Origin: Massalongia carnosa
Lineage: Eukaryota
Length of the DNA: 64,000 nt
NCBI GenBank assembly: GCA_965645245.1
Contig: OZ287078.1
Location: forward strand, 2,046,001 to 2,110,000
Reading direction: 5' to 3'
Shown: in pieces, positions 1 to 12,170 of the stretch
Position numbering within the stretch: the stretch's first letter is position 1
Layout: each line of letters starts with the position of its first letter
Translations under genes and position numbers: made by a program
The notes under the pieces: generated by a model
The model's input: the letters and a program-made list of their open reading frames with translations, nothing else
Database searches by the model: none
Told to the model about the DNA's origin: nothing

Positions 1-1072
1 TTCCTGGGCATCGAGCTGGATACACACCTCATGCAGGCACGACTACCGGCCGAAAAGCTTCAGAAAGCTAAGGATCTTGTCCAAACAACATTGAATAAAT
101 CCACGATAACCAGAAACAAGCTAGACACTCTTGCTGGGATTTGTGGGCTTTGCAGCCAAAATGGTGGTGCCGGAAATAACTTTTCTCCGACGCCTTTTCA
201 ACTGCAAAATCGGGCCCGCGCGCCCATTAATGAGTAACAATTCTCACATAAAAGCTGATCTTTTATGGTGGCATCATTTCCTTCCATTATGGAACGGCAT
301 ACACATTATTAGCCCTTCGAGACCCCTGCTCCGTCTCTGGACGGATGCCAGTGGGGACTTCGTGATCGGGGCATAAATATTTCAAGGTGGTCAGACCACA
401 CACATTGCCCGCTGAGCAAGTGGTTTCTGAACGTTATACCACCCCTTTGCAGCCAAAGTAGTGGTGCCCGAGAGAACCTTTCTTCGGCGCCTTTTCAACT
501 GCAAAATCGGGCCCGCGCGCCCATTTATTCATGTCGATTCCCACATAAAAGCTGATCTTTTATGGTGGCATCACTTCCTTCCATTATGGAACGGCATACG
601 CATCATCAGCCCTTCGAGGCCCCTGCTCCGTCTCTGGACGGATGCCAGCGGGGACTTCGGAATCAGGGCATACATACTCTTAGGTGGTCAGACCACACAC
701 ACACTGCCCGCTGAGCAAGTAATATCTGAACGATACACGACTAGGCTCAGAGCCAAACATATCAATGAGAAGGAGATGACAGCGATCCTGCACGCCATAC
801 GGCGGTGGCTCCCCCTGTGCAAGAGAGCCCATCTTCTTCTCTATTGCGACAGCTTCGCTGTAATGTCCGGGGTCAAAAAGACCTCCATGCGAGGAGGGGC
901 CATGCACCCTCTTCGGAATATCGCCATGATGGCGGCTGTAAATGACATTGAAATCGAGCCACACTGGCTGTCGACCAAAGAAAACTTCTTAGCAGATTGG
1001 TTGTCCCCAGTATTATTTGGGAAAATCGCTGACAATTACCCCAAACTGCAGGGCATTTCATCAGACAAATAA
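1..1072 (+). pseudogene. RT/RNase H of Ngaro-like element 1, frameshifted, with internal duplication
   Basis: ORFs 31..237, 131..376 and 461..1072 carry DLLWW..FLP.WNG and TDASG motifs. Confidence 0.85.
148..742 (+). repeat. Diverged tandem duplication of ~297 bp within RT/RNase H
   Basis: The block ctttgcagccaaa...tctgaacg occurs at ~148-444 and again at ~445-742, and the translations are near identical. Confidence 0.9.
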
Positions 1073-1103
1073 CGGCGACACACGCCCGCGACCCTCCAGA
1101 AAC

Positions 1104-2097
1104 ATGGTACAATGAGGTCCCGCTGGATCGTCGGGCAGCCAGATATCTATGGTGGGGCATAGCAATTAGGACTCGAGGACTATACGATGCAGCCCGAAAA
1201 AGCTACACGACCCACTGTCAGCTGGCGACGAATTTTTCCCCTTTCCAGCAACAATTCGAAGTCTTTCGGCGTGGATAGCCGCTCTAGGCCAACGGGGACT
1301 CCGTCCCAAAACTATCAAAAACTATCTAGCTGGGGTGCGATCAAGTCAATTGGACATGGGCCTAGGGGACCTGGAGGTTTCCATCAGCCAGTCCTAGACA
1401 GGATAATAGCAGGAATAAAACGGATGCACGGTGAACCCGAAAAACGAGAAAGACTACCAATCACACGCGACGTTCTGATAAAATTGCTACGAAAATTAGA
1501 CACTATTAACGAGGTCCAAGCAACACTCCATGCGGCATATAGCATCGCATTCGCTGCCTTCTTAAGAGCGGGAGAATTTACTTAAAAACAAGGAGACATG
1601 CAAGACCCCAGCTTCGATTCATGAATTTAACCAGGAAATCCGTGGACCTACGAGAAGATCGAATGATTCTCCCCTTACCATCATCGAAAACGGACCCTTT
1701 TCGAAGAGGTAGAAAAATTTACATCGCAGCAACAAACGACGAAGCATGCTCGGTCGCCTCCACCCGGAACTTGTTTACCCGGTTCCCGAAATCAGCATCG
1801 TCCCCGCTGCTCCAGGTTCAAAACAAGGCCTTCACCCGGGATTATTTGATGCAGGCTCTGCAAAACAGTCTCCGGGCGATTGGAGTTCGAGGTAATTACT
1901 CGGGTCATTCGTTTCGACGTGGGGAAGCAACAACGGCCAAGGACTTGGGCTTGCTGGAAGAAGACATTTAAACCTTGGGCCGATGGAAATCGGACTCGTA
2001 TCAGCTATACATCCAAACACACCCGGACCAGCTAATAGCGACTTCCCTTCGTTTTCAACGACCCCCCCCCGTCACGTTTCGAACAGCACCACCATAG
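1104..2097 (+). pseudogene. Tyrosine recombinase of Ngaro-like element 1 (stops and frameshifts)
   Basis: AARYLWWG, RERLPIT, FLRAGEFT, SKTDP, GHSFRRG, GRWKSD.Y. Confidence 0.85.
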
Positions 2098-2383
2098 GGG
2101 GGCCATTCCCTGCTTAGGGTTTGGGAGTTTTCCCCTCACCGCTGCCATAATAAAGCCATTATAGGCGGGGCCCTCAGCAAAACTGAGCGCCAGCATGGCA
2201 GCAGCGAGGGGTAGTTGCCCAAACATAGATAGTAATTATATGATGTTCTGACGACACGATGGAGCCCGCGAATTACCTGAAGTTTTCAAATATCAGTGGG
2301 ATACTTCGACGCATGGCTCCTTCACGGTTTCAACAACGCAACGTTCCCCTCGATCGGATTAAACTGCATAGGGTTGTCGCGGG

Positions 2384-3274
2384 TGTTAAATAAACAGTTG
2401 ACGGCATAATGTTGAAATTACTACGGAGGTGACTGCTTATAGCAGTCATGGCAGCCTGCAGGGCTGAGCTAGAACTAATGGGGCTAAGCGAGTATTCCAA
2501 CACTCCCCTTCGAGTGTGGCTCCCCTTTCGCCTCCAAAATTGAACTATCCAGCTTTTATCACTCCCCTTGCGAAGTGATTCATCCAGCTGTGTCCGATTC
2601 GCTCCCCTTGCGGAACGAATCTAGCTCCCTCTGACTCCATTTTCCCTAAGCACGTAGTTCTTTCTTATGTCTTTTGTTGTCCTGCTTTGTAGCCTCATTA
2701 AACCCATAACCATCTCTCGAAACGTAGCTTTTGTGAGTGTATGGGTGGATGGGAAGAGTACTATGGACGTGTTTTATTGATGGCCTGAGCAGGGCTTTTC
2801 TCGATGTCTCTGTGAGACATTTTCCCGCAGACCATTGACGTTGGTGGCCTGATCGCAGGGCTTTTATCTCCCCTTGCTGATCTGAGCAGTAATGCAAGAT
2901 GTGAAGTCTTCGAGGCACCGCCCGTTGTAGATGTCCTCCTCAGCACGTTTCGTACGTACACCACTTTCGATGACGTTTCCGCTTCGTTTCCGCTTCGTTT
3001 CTCATCCCTTTCGATGTCGTTTCCGCTTCGTTTTCGCGCTTTCCACGTCTGAACTTTCACCTCATCATCTTCTTGATACGACATGATAGTACGTAGTCTA
3101 TGCATGAAGGATGCCGTCGGAGGGGCGCAAAGCACAAACCCCGGGACTCATAACCTGTTAAATAAACAGTTGACGGCATAATGTTGAAATTACTACGGAG
3201 GTGACTGCTTATAGCAGTCATGGCAGCCTGCAGGGCTGAGCTAGAACTAATGGGGCTAAGCGAGTATTCCAACA
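2384..3274 (-). mobile_element. Miniature non-autonomous LTR retrotransposon (TRIM-like), copy 1
   Basis: Identical 119-bp TG..CA LTRs at 2384-2502 and 3156-3274, with a GCGGG TSD on both sides. The minus strand has PBS GGTTATGAGTCC and PPT AAGGGGAG. Confidence 0.95.
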
Positions 3275-4608
3275 GCGGGTACTGATAATCAGGAATCCAA
3301 CGCCCTTAACATTCTCTGCAATATCAGATGGCAAGGTGGCTATATCAATGACCAAATTGAACGATTTAAAGTTGAAAATAGGCATCGTGATATTTGCTAC
3401 AGTTGTATTGACCGGTACAGCACTTCATGATGTTATAACTCTTCGAGAAGTCCTCGAGGTACGAGGTTCGACCAAGGTTGCAGATACTAGATTCGCCAGT
3501 CCTCCGCGCGCAATACAAGGCCCGATCGTTAATTTGGATACATATCATACCATTGCCATGAATAACCCGGCCCGTCATCATTTATTTTTCAAGTCAAGCA
3601 GTACCGCTCCATCCACGTAATATGGTACCTATCTTACGGAGCTGTAAGCCAGAGGCTCGACGAATTGAGATGGTAAAGAGAAGCAAAGTATAGCAGAAAT
3701 CATCCAGAAGTATGCTCTGCGAGCTACAGGCTGTCCTGAACTTGATGCAGTAGGATTGCCTCTTTCCAATTAATGTGGCCTGGTTATCGTATTCAATAGG
3801 ATTGTCGTCATGATTTTGATTCGAGACGGATAAAGAGGACAATTCATCAAGCTCGCTGCTTCGGTTGTCTAGTCGAAAGTAAGCGATTTGAAGTGATCTT
3901 ACACAATCAGATGAAACAGTATACCATTCATTTGATTATGGAGTACATGTGCTGTCTTTGCAGAAGGATATAAACTTGTGTTTATACTTATCTAAGACAT
4001 CTCAATCTGTAAGTCGTTGACTAATAAACATCCGCAATGAACTTCGTTAGATTATCGTTTATACGTCAAAGACGTCGTGCGGATAGGACAAAAAACCCCC
4101 CTAAGCATCTGATCACGAGACCTTACCCCACCACAATCCAAACTCGGAATATTCCGTGTTTAAACTTAAAATAGACAAAGTTATTAATAATCGTCGTCGT
4201 TGAATGCACAACGATTTATCTTATAATAAACTCAGCCTGGTAAACTCGAACCAACATATTTGTGATGTGTGAACTGTTGCTTTCATCTTCATTTTCAACA
4301 ATAACGCATGATGCTATTTCAGTTCGAGAAGTTGGTGTTCATGAGTTGAACATCTGTTTCTCATTCTATTATTGTTGCTCTGGACCATGGCGCAGAAGCT
4401 TGAGTCCTTGCAACTGAATCATCTTTTCATGATAGAGCGCAGCATTAAAAGGATCGTAGTATCCAGCATTCAATCCAAATCATCGTCTTACATCGTCTCA
4501 TCTGTTGCAAATAAAGCTTATCCTACAATCATAATACCTTAGAGTTAATACCTTCTCTGTTTTATAAAAACTTCACATTGAAATCATTGCAAGCGCGACA
4601 GGAGAATC

Positions 4609-5559
4609 ATGGCCATTGAATCTGGGATCAGCAACTACGTGCGCACAGACGGCAGGATTGCTTGGGAAGACGGCATGAAGATTGGAGATGGATATAATCT
4701 GGCCGGGCACAACACCCTCCAGTCACCTTTTCGAGAATTCAAGCATCCGGTGACGCTAGGCAAAAACATCTGCAAGATCCATCTTACGTACGAGAAAATG
4801 CGAAACCAAGAAGACATCATGAGGATTCTCGAATCGAGTGATAGCGCATCTGTGATACTCTCAATGGAGCTTTTGCAGACGGCGAAATGTAATACAACCA
4901 GCATGGTGACTATCATTCGATGTACGGCTACACTGCCCACTGACAACTTCGATACTTCCTTGCAGTTTACGGAGGAAGCCAAATCAACAGCAAGCAGCGC
5001 TGAGGACTTTGTTCGAAGATTCGGCGAGTACTGTATCTCCGGCTGGACGTGTCAATCGACATTCTTCGCGATATGTGTCCACACAGCCAAAAGCTCGGAT
5101 ATTCTCGATGAATTTCAAGCAAAGCTAAATGTTGGCTTCAATGGCAGCGCAACAGGGGCGGGACTTGCTTCGGAATTCATGAGGAAGGTTACAGCAACGT
5201 CCAAGCATGTCAGCGTTAAGACCGATATCGACTATGTTGGGTACAATGCCAAAAGGCTTAACAAAGACTTTGAGAAGATCCGCTTAGACAAGGCATGGAA
5301 ATCTTTCCTAAAAAACTGGTCTCCATTGCCAACGGTGGCTATCTTGAAACATTACTCTGCTCTCAGAGTGGAGGGGCTTGATAGCATCCCCGGACCAGAC
5401 CGCACTCACGACATCTCTACCGGGTTGGTCGCGTACATGAGAAGAGCTCTAGCATTGCAGATTTCCGCTCAGTCGAGTGTGATGAGATGTGCGAGGAAAC
5501 AGGTACCAAACATCGAGAACGTCATCAATCAACTTGTTATAAACGGGCGGTTGGGGTAG
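4609..5559 (+). CDS. 316-aa ORF, possible MACPF/perforin-like protein, probably truncated at the C-terminus
   Basis: Clean ATG-initiated ORF. IGDGYN near the N-terminus and EDFVRRFGEYCISG resemble the MACPF-like F..YG.(H/Y)..G segment. The last codons run into an LTR-like sequence starting at 5535. Confidence 0.45.
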   Translation: MAIESGISNYVRTDGRIAWEDGMKIGDGYNLAGHNTLQSPFREFKHPVTLGKNICKIHLTYEKMRNQEDIMRILESSDSASVILSMELLQTAKCNTTSMVTIIRCTATLPTDNFDTSLQFTEEAKSTASSAEDFVRRFGEYCISGWTCQSTFFAICVHTAKSSDILDEFQAKLNVGFNGSATGAGLASEFMRKVTATSKHVSVKTDIDYVGYNAKRLNKDFEKIRLDKAWKSFLKNWSPLPTVAILKHYSALRVEGLDSIPGPDRTHDISTGLVAYMRRALALQISAQSSVMRCARKQVPNIENVINQLVINGRLG

Positions 5560-5843
5560 TCAGATGTGGTTCGTTAGGATCTTGATATACCCGGGAATAT
5601 TTTTTCTCTATAATATTAGACATATCGAGATGTTCCCGACATGTATGGTGTGAACCTAAGTGATGATCTTAGGTGGTGGCTCAGGGGCCAAAGGGATAGC
5701 ATGGCCTTATTAGGCATAGTGTGGGCTAGCTCGCCGCACATAATATAATATTAGCTACTGAGATAGAGCCTTCCTTCTAGACATTTCAAGAGTTCACCTC
5801 TATTCACGAACCTCACTAGGTTCAACATATGGCTACAGTAACG
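5535..5843. mobile_element. Possible degenerate LTR interrupting the 316-aa ORF
   Basis: Starts TGTTATAAAC, has LTR-like composition with a TATA-like tract, and is followed by AT-rich DNA. No TSD found and the right boundary is uncertain. Confidence 0.3.
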
Positions 5844-6128
5844 ATTCATGAATTATGAGCAATAGTATATTACCTTGCATAATTATGTCAACAATACTCG
5901 TATTTCTTTTTTGATGATTTTTGCAATAATTATGCAGTTTATAATTTATGTGTTTTTCTTCATGAATCTTTACATACATTATAGAAAACTTGAGAACTTA
6001 CAAGAATAATCTCAATTCAAGTCACGGATCTCAATTTTCTATTTGATTTTTTTCCGATCAATCAAACACTAGAAATTATGACATACAGGGCACCTATCAA
6101 GTTGTCAAGGGGTATGACAATGTTCTCA

Positions 6129-7346
6129 TCATCGACTGAGGTAGACGAGGGTTTTTGGTTCCGCTCCGTAGTTGTCTCCCAGAGCTGCGTTCCGGAACCG
6201 ATGCTTGAGGCTGAGATGCAGGGTTAAACTCCAGAGTGGAACTGCGCGAAGAGCTTGTGGGAGTCGAAGATTCTTTGAGCTGCGGCAAGGAGACGGCAAC
6301 AGTGTAATTGATGCGCGCGACATTCGAGGAATGAGACTTGTGGTAACAACTTTACAACTGATTAAAAATGATGATTTATCATTCGACTGTTGACAGCTGT
6401 TTAACTGTAACTGTGAATCCTGCATTACAAGCTTGTCATCTTTCCTAAATTCGTCCGAGTTCTGGGTATACTCGTAAGAATGTTGATCGATCTCGTCAAA
6501 AAACTCGACGCAGACATTTGCAAGATCACGTTTGAGACTATTCAAATGAACAGTCTGTTCGTATTTGTGAATACGATTCAAATATCGACTTAGCTCCACG
6601 ATGTCCTCCTCCTTCAACAGACTGTAGGCATTACACTAGATCATGTGATAGGATAACATTTCGAAATATTTAGTTTGTGCCAGCAGAATCTTCATGCAGT
6701 AAAGAGTCACGCAAGGGCCACAGCACGTCAGCGCGAATAAAGTGATGTCTCTCAAGTTCAAGCTTGAGGACTGTCGTCGAAGCTTCACCCGTTCTAAGAG
6801 CATCATCGCATCCAAAAGAGCAAGAGATTGATGAGCCTCAATTTCCTGTGACTTGGTATTTTTAAACTCTGCAATTAAGTAAGGCGGTAACGCGTCGATG
6901 CTGGCAAAGGTCCGAATGGCTGGGAAGTTGATATAGCATTCCGATTTTTCCAGTTCCGACAGTTGGATCGCGTACATGATGTCTGGCCTCATACCACGCC
7001 GAGCTTTTAAAGAGCTGATGTTCTTGTTTTTGTGCTATGCTGATCCTGTCCAAAGCCACCAGTCAAGTCAGGCATTGGCAAAATCGACTGGCGTTTCTTT
7101 TCCTCTCCAAACTGGGTCTCGAATTTTCCTTTGAAGATAATAATACGTATCCTTGAGACTCCAATGAAACGTACGGCTTATTTCTCTCTTAGCGTTCACT
7201 TTCACTTGCGGAAGAAGATTGGGCCCCGATAAATGCGCCCATCCATTCTTTAGACTGCCATTCAGAATCGAGATCTTTCGGGATGCAAGACGCACCAGCT
7301 TGCTGGGGGCTAGTGAAGTTGTCACCGTGACGGACGGCACCAGGTG
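6129..7346 (-). pseudogene. 3' part of a host gene with a PD-(D/E)xK nuclease-like motif, split by Ngaro-like element 2
   Basis: RPDIMYAI...PYLIAEFK...EA..Q in ORF 6636..6992. The frame joins the segment at 17258-17664 (SHLV|PSVT). Confidence 0.55.
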
Positions 7347-7519
7347 TGTAAGCGGGATAGGGCCGGACGCTAGCAGGGAGGTGAAAAACTCTTCACCTCC
7401 TCCATCCCCCCATCTCTTCTCTCTTTCCTCATCAACACTCATCAAAAATCATGTTTCGCTGTTTCTACACACGCACACTCACACACACGCAAACATATTA
7501 TTCATATTCTATTCACATC

Positions 7520-9511
7520 ATGAACACACGCAGTCAAAGCGGGCGAGAGAATCGCCAAACGATTCCTCCCCGTGGTGCGACCGGCAGTCGGGGTCGAGGC
7601 AGAGTCACACGCGGCCGGGGACCGAGTCACACCTCAATCACACTCTAGAGAGGCCAAAATAGAAAATGAATCACGCCACTCCTCCCCCGAGGCAATCCCG
7701 CCTCCAGACCGTCGCGCGGCCCTCAGGGCGGAAGCCGAAAGGCTACGAGCCGAAAAAAAAGCCAGAGAAATCGAGCAAAAGGAGAGCTCGAACGCGAGAT
7801 ACAACGTCTCAGAGACGAAGCTGTGCCGTCACGCACAGAATCCGCACCACCCACAAATTCTTTAATACTACCAGCGAGACTGAGCGCGTTCGCGACATTT
7901 CATGCTGAGGGTGCGTCTCCTATGTTTCATTCTCTGATAGCTCGATTTCCAATGGTAGACACGGAGCACTTCAAAAACATCCGTGACAACAAGTTCAAAG
8001 TGGAGAATATTATGAAGCTGTCGACCGAATACGAGTCGGTTCAGCCTAAAAACAAATATCTAAGAATCGGGTCGACCGAGGTGGAATATCGGGAAGAGGA
8101 CGCCCTGGCCTCGGACGCACGAGGAATCACACGTCTTCATCGCGCGTTTCTCATATATTGTCAAATCGTCATTCACATCGCTCACGCGGGCACACAAATG
8201 GAACTATAGCGGCAATGCACGTCTACATCGATCAATTGCTAGGATGGTCTCTTCTATACACGTTCGAATTGTTGGAATACTCGCTTAGCCCCATTAGATC
8301 TAGCTCAGCCCTGCAGGCTGCCATGACTGCTATAAGCAGTCACCTCCGTAGTAATTTCAACATTATGCCGTCAACTTTTATTTAACAGGTTATGAGTCCC
8401 GGGTTTGTGCTTTGCGCCCCTCCGACGGCATCCTTCATGCATAGACTACGTACTATCATGTCGTATCAAGAAGATGATGAGGTGAAAGTTCAGACGTGGA
8501 AAGCGCGAAAACGAAGCGGAAACGACATCGAAAGGGATGAGAAACGAAGCGGAAACGAAGCGGAAACGTCATCGAAAGTGGTGTACGTACGAAACGTGCT
8601 GAGGAGGACATCTACAATGGGCGGTGCCTCGAAGACTTCACATCTTGCATTATTGGTCAGATCAGCGAGGGGAGATAAAAGCCCTGCGATCAGGCCACCA
8701 ACGTCAATGGTCTGCGGGAAAATGTCTAACAGAGACATCGAGAAAAGCCCTGCTCAGGCCATCAACAAAACACGTCCATAGTACTCTTCCCATCCACCCA
8801 TACACTCACAAAAGCTACGTTTCGAGAGATAGTTATGGGTTTAATGAGGCTACAAAGCAGGACAACAAAAGACATAAGAAAGAACTACGTGCTTAGGGAA
8901 AATGGAGTCAGAGGGAGCTAGATTCATTCCGCAAGGGGAGCGAATCGGACACAGCTGGATGAATCACTTCGCAAGGGGAGTGATAAAAGCTGGATAGTTT
9001 CAATTTTGGAGGCGAAAGGGGAGCCACGCTCGAAGGGGAGTGTTGGAATACTCGCTTAGCCCTATTAGATCTAGCTCAGCCCTGCAGGCTGCCATGACTG
9101 CTATAAGCAGTCACCTCCGTAGTAATTTCAAAATTATGCCGTCAACTGTTTATTTAACACGAATCAATTCGTCGATTCCACTTCGGCTTTCATAAAGCCC
9201 GCCTCGTGGAGGGCGTGGACGACCCGCGCGGTTGGCGGACCCCGAACAGGTTTAGAAGAACGAAATCTCCGTCGAAAAATCGATTACAACGCTGGCCCCA
9301 ATCTTCGTCGAACACAGAGCACGAATTCGCTCGTTCAACGCACGTCAAGTCAAGACGATCAACGCGGCATAGCAGCGTGCAGACGATACAACAACGGCGG
9401 CGATTGTCCAAGCAACTGCACATTTCGTCACGTTTGCGCGTCATGCGGACGCCAGCATACGTAACGCGATTGTTGCATGCGCGTCAATCCATATCCTCCA
9501 CAGCAAAGTAA
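7520..9511 (+). pseudogene. gag-like ORF1 of Ngaro-like element 2, interrupted by a TRIM
   Basis: Starts MNTRSQS, reads ...YTFE|SIRRFHFGFHKARL across the TRIM, and ends in a Cys/His finger CRRYNNGGDCPSNCTFRHVCASCGRQH. Confidence 0.8.
8270..9159 (+). mobile_element. Miniature non-autonomous LTR retrotransposon (TRIM-like), copy 2
   Basis: LTRs at 8270-8387 and 9041-9159, TSD CGAAT, PBS GGTTATGAGTCC at 8388, PPT AAGGGGAG at 9033-9040. Near identical to the reverse complement of 2384-3274. Confidence 0.95.
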
Positions 9512-9517
9512 GCCCAG

Positions 9518-11788
9518 TTGACTATCCGTCTCAAGCGCTCTCTCGTTCATTCCGAGGGTTTTCCATATCGGATAGACACCGACGCGGATGCGGACGAGGT
9601 ACGATGCCCACTGAAGTCAGCGGGATGGAAACGACGATTGGAGAAACATCCAGACAGTGTCTATAGAAGGACAATTCTTAACATCATTCGATGTGGGGCA
9701 AGGATTGGCTACACAGGGCCAAAACAGCGTATCATAAGCCCGAACCTATCTTCTGCCAAAGATGCACCCGAGGTGTTGTCCAAAGATCTGGACGAACAGA
9801 TTCAAAATCACCGTGTAGTACCCGTACGGGAACCACCGCCTCACTTTATGTCCTCCCCACTGGGCCTCGTCCCCAAGCCCAATGGCAAATGGCGAAGAAT
9901 TCATCGTCTGTCTCCTCCGCGCAAAGGCTCGGTCAATTATCACATTCCCGCTGAATGGGGAGCCCTAGAGTACACGTCATTTGACGAAGCACTAGAAGCT
10001 CTTCTTGACGTCGGACGAGGAGCATACCTCGTAAAACGCGACCTCGCGGACGCCTTCCGGCACATACCCGTTGCAAGAGCGGACTGGTGGCTACTGGGTT
10101 TTCAGTGGAACAATTCTTATTGGATGGACATCTTCCTCCCATTTGGTCTTCGTACCTCCCTATTTATCTTCGATCTCATCGCGAAGGGAATAAACTTGAT
10201 ATTAGTCGTTCAGAACTGGCTAGTCCTACATTATTTAGATGACTTCCTCGCGATTGTCAAGACGAGTGAGGAGGCATCCCGTTACGAGTTCGCGTTCGAC
10301 ACGTTGTGCGACGAGTTGGGCATGCGTATAAACGCATCAAAGGGAGAGACGGGGCAAATCTGCGATTTTCTCGGGTTAACACTAGACACCCAACGTATGG
10401 AAGCCCGCCTACCTCCCGACAAATTAAAAAAGGCCATCGAATGAGTCAACAGCGCATTGACGCAAGACTATATGTCCAAAGACGAACTACGTTCCCTCCT
10501 GGGGTTTCTATCATTTGCGGCCAAAGTGGTCAAACCAGGCCGAGCCTTTTTACGCCGCCTATTTACCGCTCTCGGCGAAGACACGGGTCGGATCCGCATA
10601 GCCGGCGACATGTGACTAGATCTATTATGGTGGCAATACTTCTTGCCCCGATGGAACGGCGTTCAAATATTACGATCTCTGAACACTAGAGAAGAAATTC
10701 GTCTATGGACAGATGCTTCGGGAACATGGGGAATGGGCAGGTACTATTCGGTGCACCGAACCCCACACTCCACCGAAGCGGGCACGCTTTCTCGTCATTC
10801 AAATACACAAACACTAGAGACAACCGAAACACAGCGTGTGTTTGCCGCGGTATCTCTCCCAAGACGAGGTGTTCTCACGAGACCCTCGCATTGGATGCCT
10901 TCAAAGAAGAAGAACTCAATCTCTTTCGAGACGTCTTCAGACAACGAGTTAAGGATACAAGATGTCCGGGTCTCGCAGTCTCAGGGAATAGTCGGGGTGA
11001 TAGACGACGAGAATTTCAACGAATTCCTAGTCACACCTGCCGAGACGTCAGCCATACGGACCTCGTCCGGGGACTTCGCAATGCGCACCTTTAAGTCCGG
11101 GACAACCGAGATAACCGAAGAAGGAAATTACAGCGAATTTCTGGAGGTGTCTGCCGAGGTGTCTTCGATGCGGATGGCCGGGATGACAGACGAAGAAAAG
11201 TCCAAAGAATTTCTCGCTGCATCTGCTCGAGGTATCAAAGGTTCACCGGACCTCGTCCGGGAACATGCCGCGTCACGCATGGCGCATAGCAAAATAGCCG
11301 GAACGATCGACGAAGGACATTCAAAGGAATCTCTAGTCTCGTCCGCCGAAGTATTCTCGATAAGGACCTCGTCCAGAGACATGAAGAAACAAATCAATGT
11401 CAAAGAAATGATGGCTGTATTACACGCACTGCGCAAATGGTTACCTATTTTTAAAGGATCCAAACTCGTCATATATGGCGACAATCAAGCGGTCGTAAAT
11501 GGACTACGCAACGGCTCCATACGCGGCCCGGCCATGAAACCCCTACGGGATATTGCCATGCTACTAGCATTACATGACATCGTCATTGAATCACATTGGA
11601 TCTCATCAAGAGAGAATACTCTGGCAGATATGCTTTCCCGCGGTCAATGGAACAAAATTGCTGACAACTATCCTTTACTACAGGACTTGACATTAGCTCA
11701 CGGGGCACAATCGGTGAACGACCGGAACGCTGGTTCCAAAACCAAAAACTGTCAAACTCAGCAGCGAGATATCTATGGTGGGGCCTAG
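9518..11788 (+). pseudogene. RT/RNase H of Ngaro-like element 2 (frameshift near 10444, stop near 10615)
   Basis: SPLGLVPK, WRRIH, KRDLADAFRHIP, LPFGLRTS, YLDDF, WTDASG, INVKEM, N.LADMLSR. Confidence 0.9.
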
Positions 11789-11940
11789 CTGTAGGGACTA
11801 GAACATCGTACGAGCAGGCACGACGAAGCTACACCGAATACTGCGTGATATGGAAGCACGTCCCCTTTCCTCCGTCCATTCGCTCATTATGCGACTGGGC
11901 AGCTCATTTAGGCGACAAGGGAATTAACCCAAAAACCATA
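11760..11940 (+). pseudogene. N-terminal part of the YR of element 2
   Basis: AARYLWWGLAVGTRTSY...GINPKTI, then interrupted by element 3. Confidence 0.8.
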
Positions 11941-12044
11941 AATGAGATGGTTCTATGTCACGTGAGGCCCCTGAGTCAAAGTAAATTAAGAATCACCCTC
12001 TGAAAATTCTTTCCTCATTCACTTCTTCTCACTCTGCCTCATCC

Positions 12045-12167
12045 ATCTCACTGACTCGTCGTCGACCCCACGTTGTCTCGGTGCCCCTACCTCGCTGTCA
12101 GTGCTTGCTGCTTTTCCAATCTCACTGACTCGTCGTCGACCTCACGTTGTCTCGGTGCCCCTACCTC
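12045..12167 (+). repeat. 49-bp direct repeat in the 5' UTR of element 3
   Basis: atctcactgactcgtcgtcgacc(c/t)cacgttgtctcggtgcccctacctc at 12045-12093 and 12119-12167. Confidence 0.9.
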
Positions 12168-12170
12168 CTA

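Larger units (their letters stand above)
1..2226 (+). mobile_element. Ngaro-like YR retrotransposon 1, 5' part outside the window, degenerate
   Basis: RT C-terminus (FLGIELDT), RNase H (WTDASG, INEKEM, N..ADWLS), then an overlapping YR frame (AFLRAGEFT, SKTDPF, YSGHSFRRG, GRWKSDSYQLY). No methyltransferase is visible. The right end near ttgcccaaacataga is approximate. Confidence 0.85.

Noticed and set aside
3275..3860. Short ORFs 3336..3620, 3366..3581 and 3594..3842
   Set aside because: Possibly a decayed minus-strand gene, but no recognisable motif supports a call.
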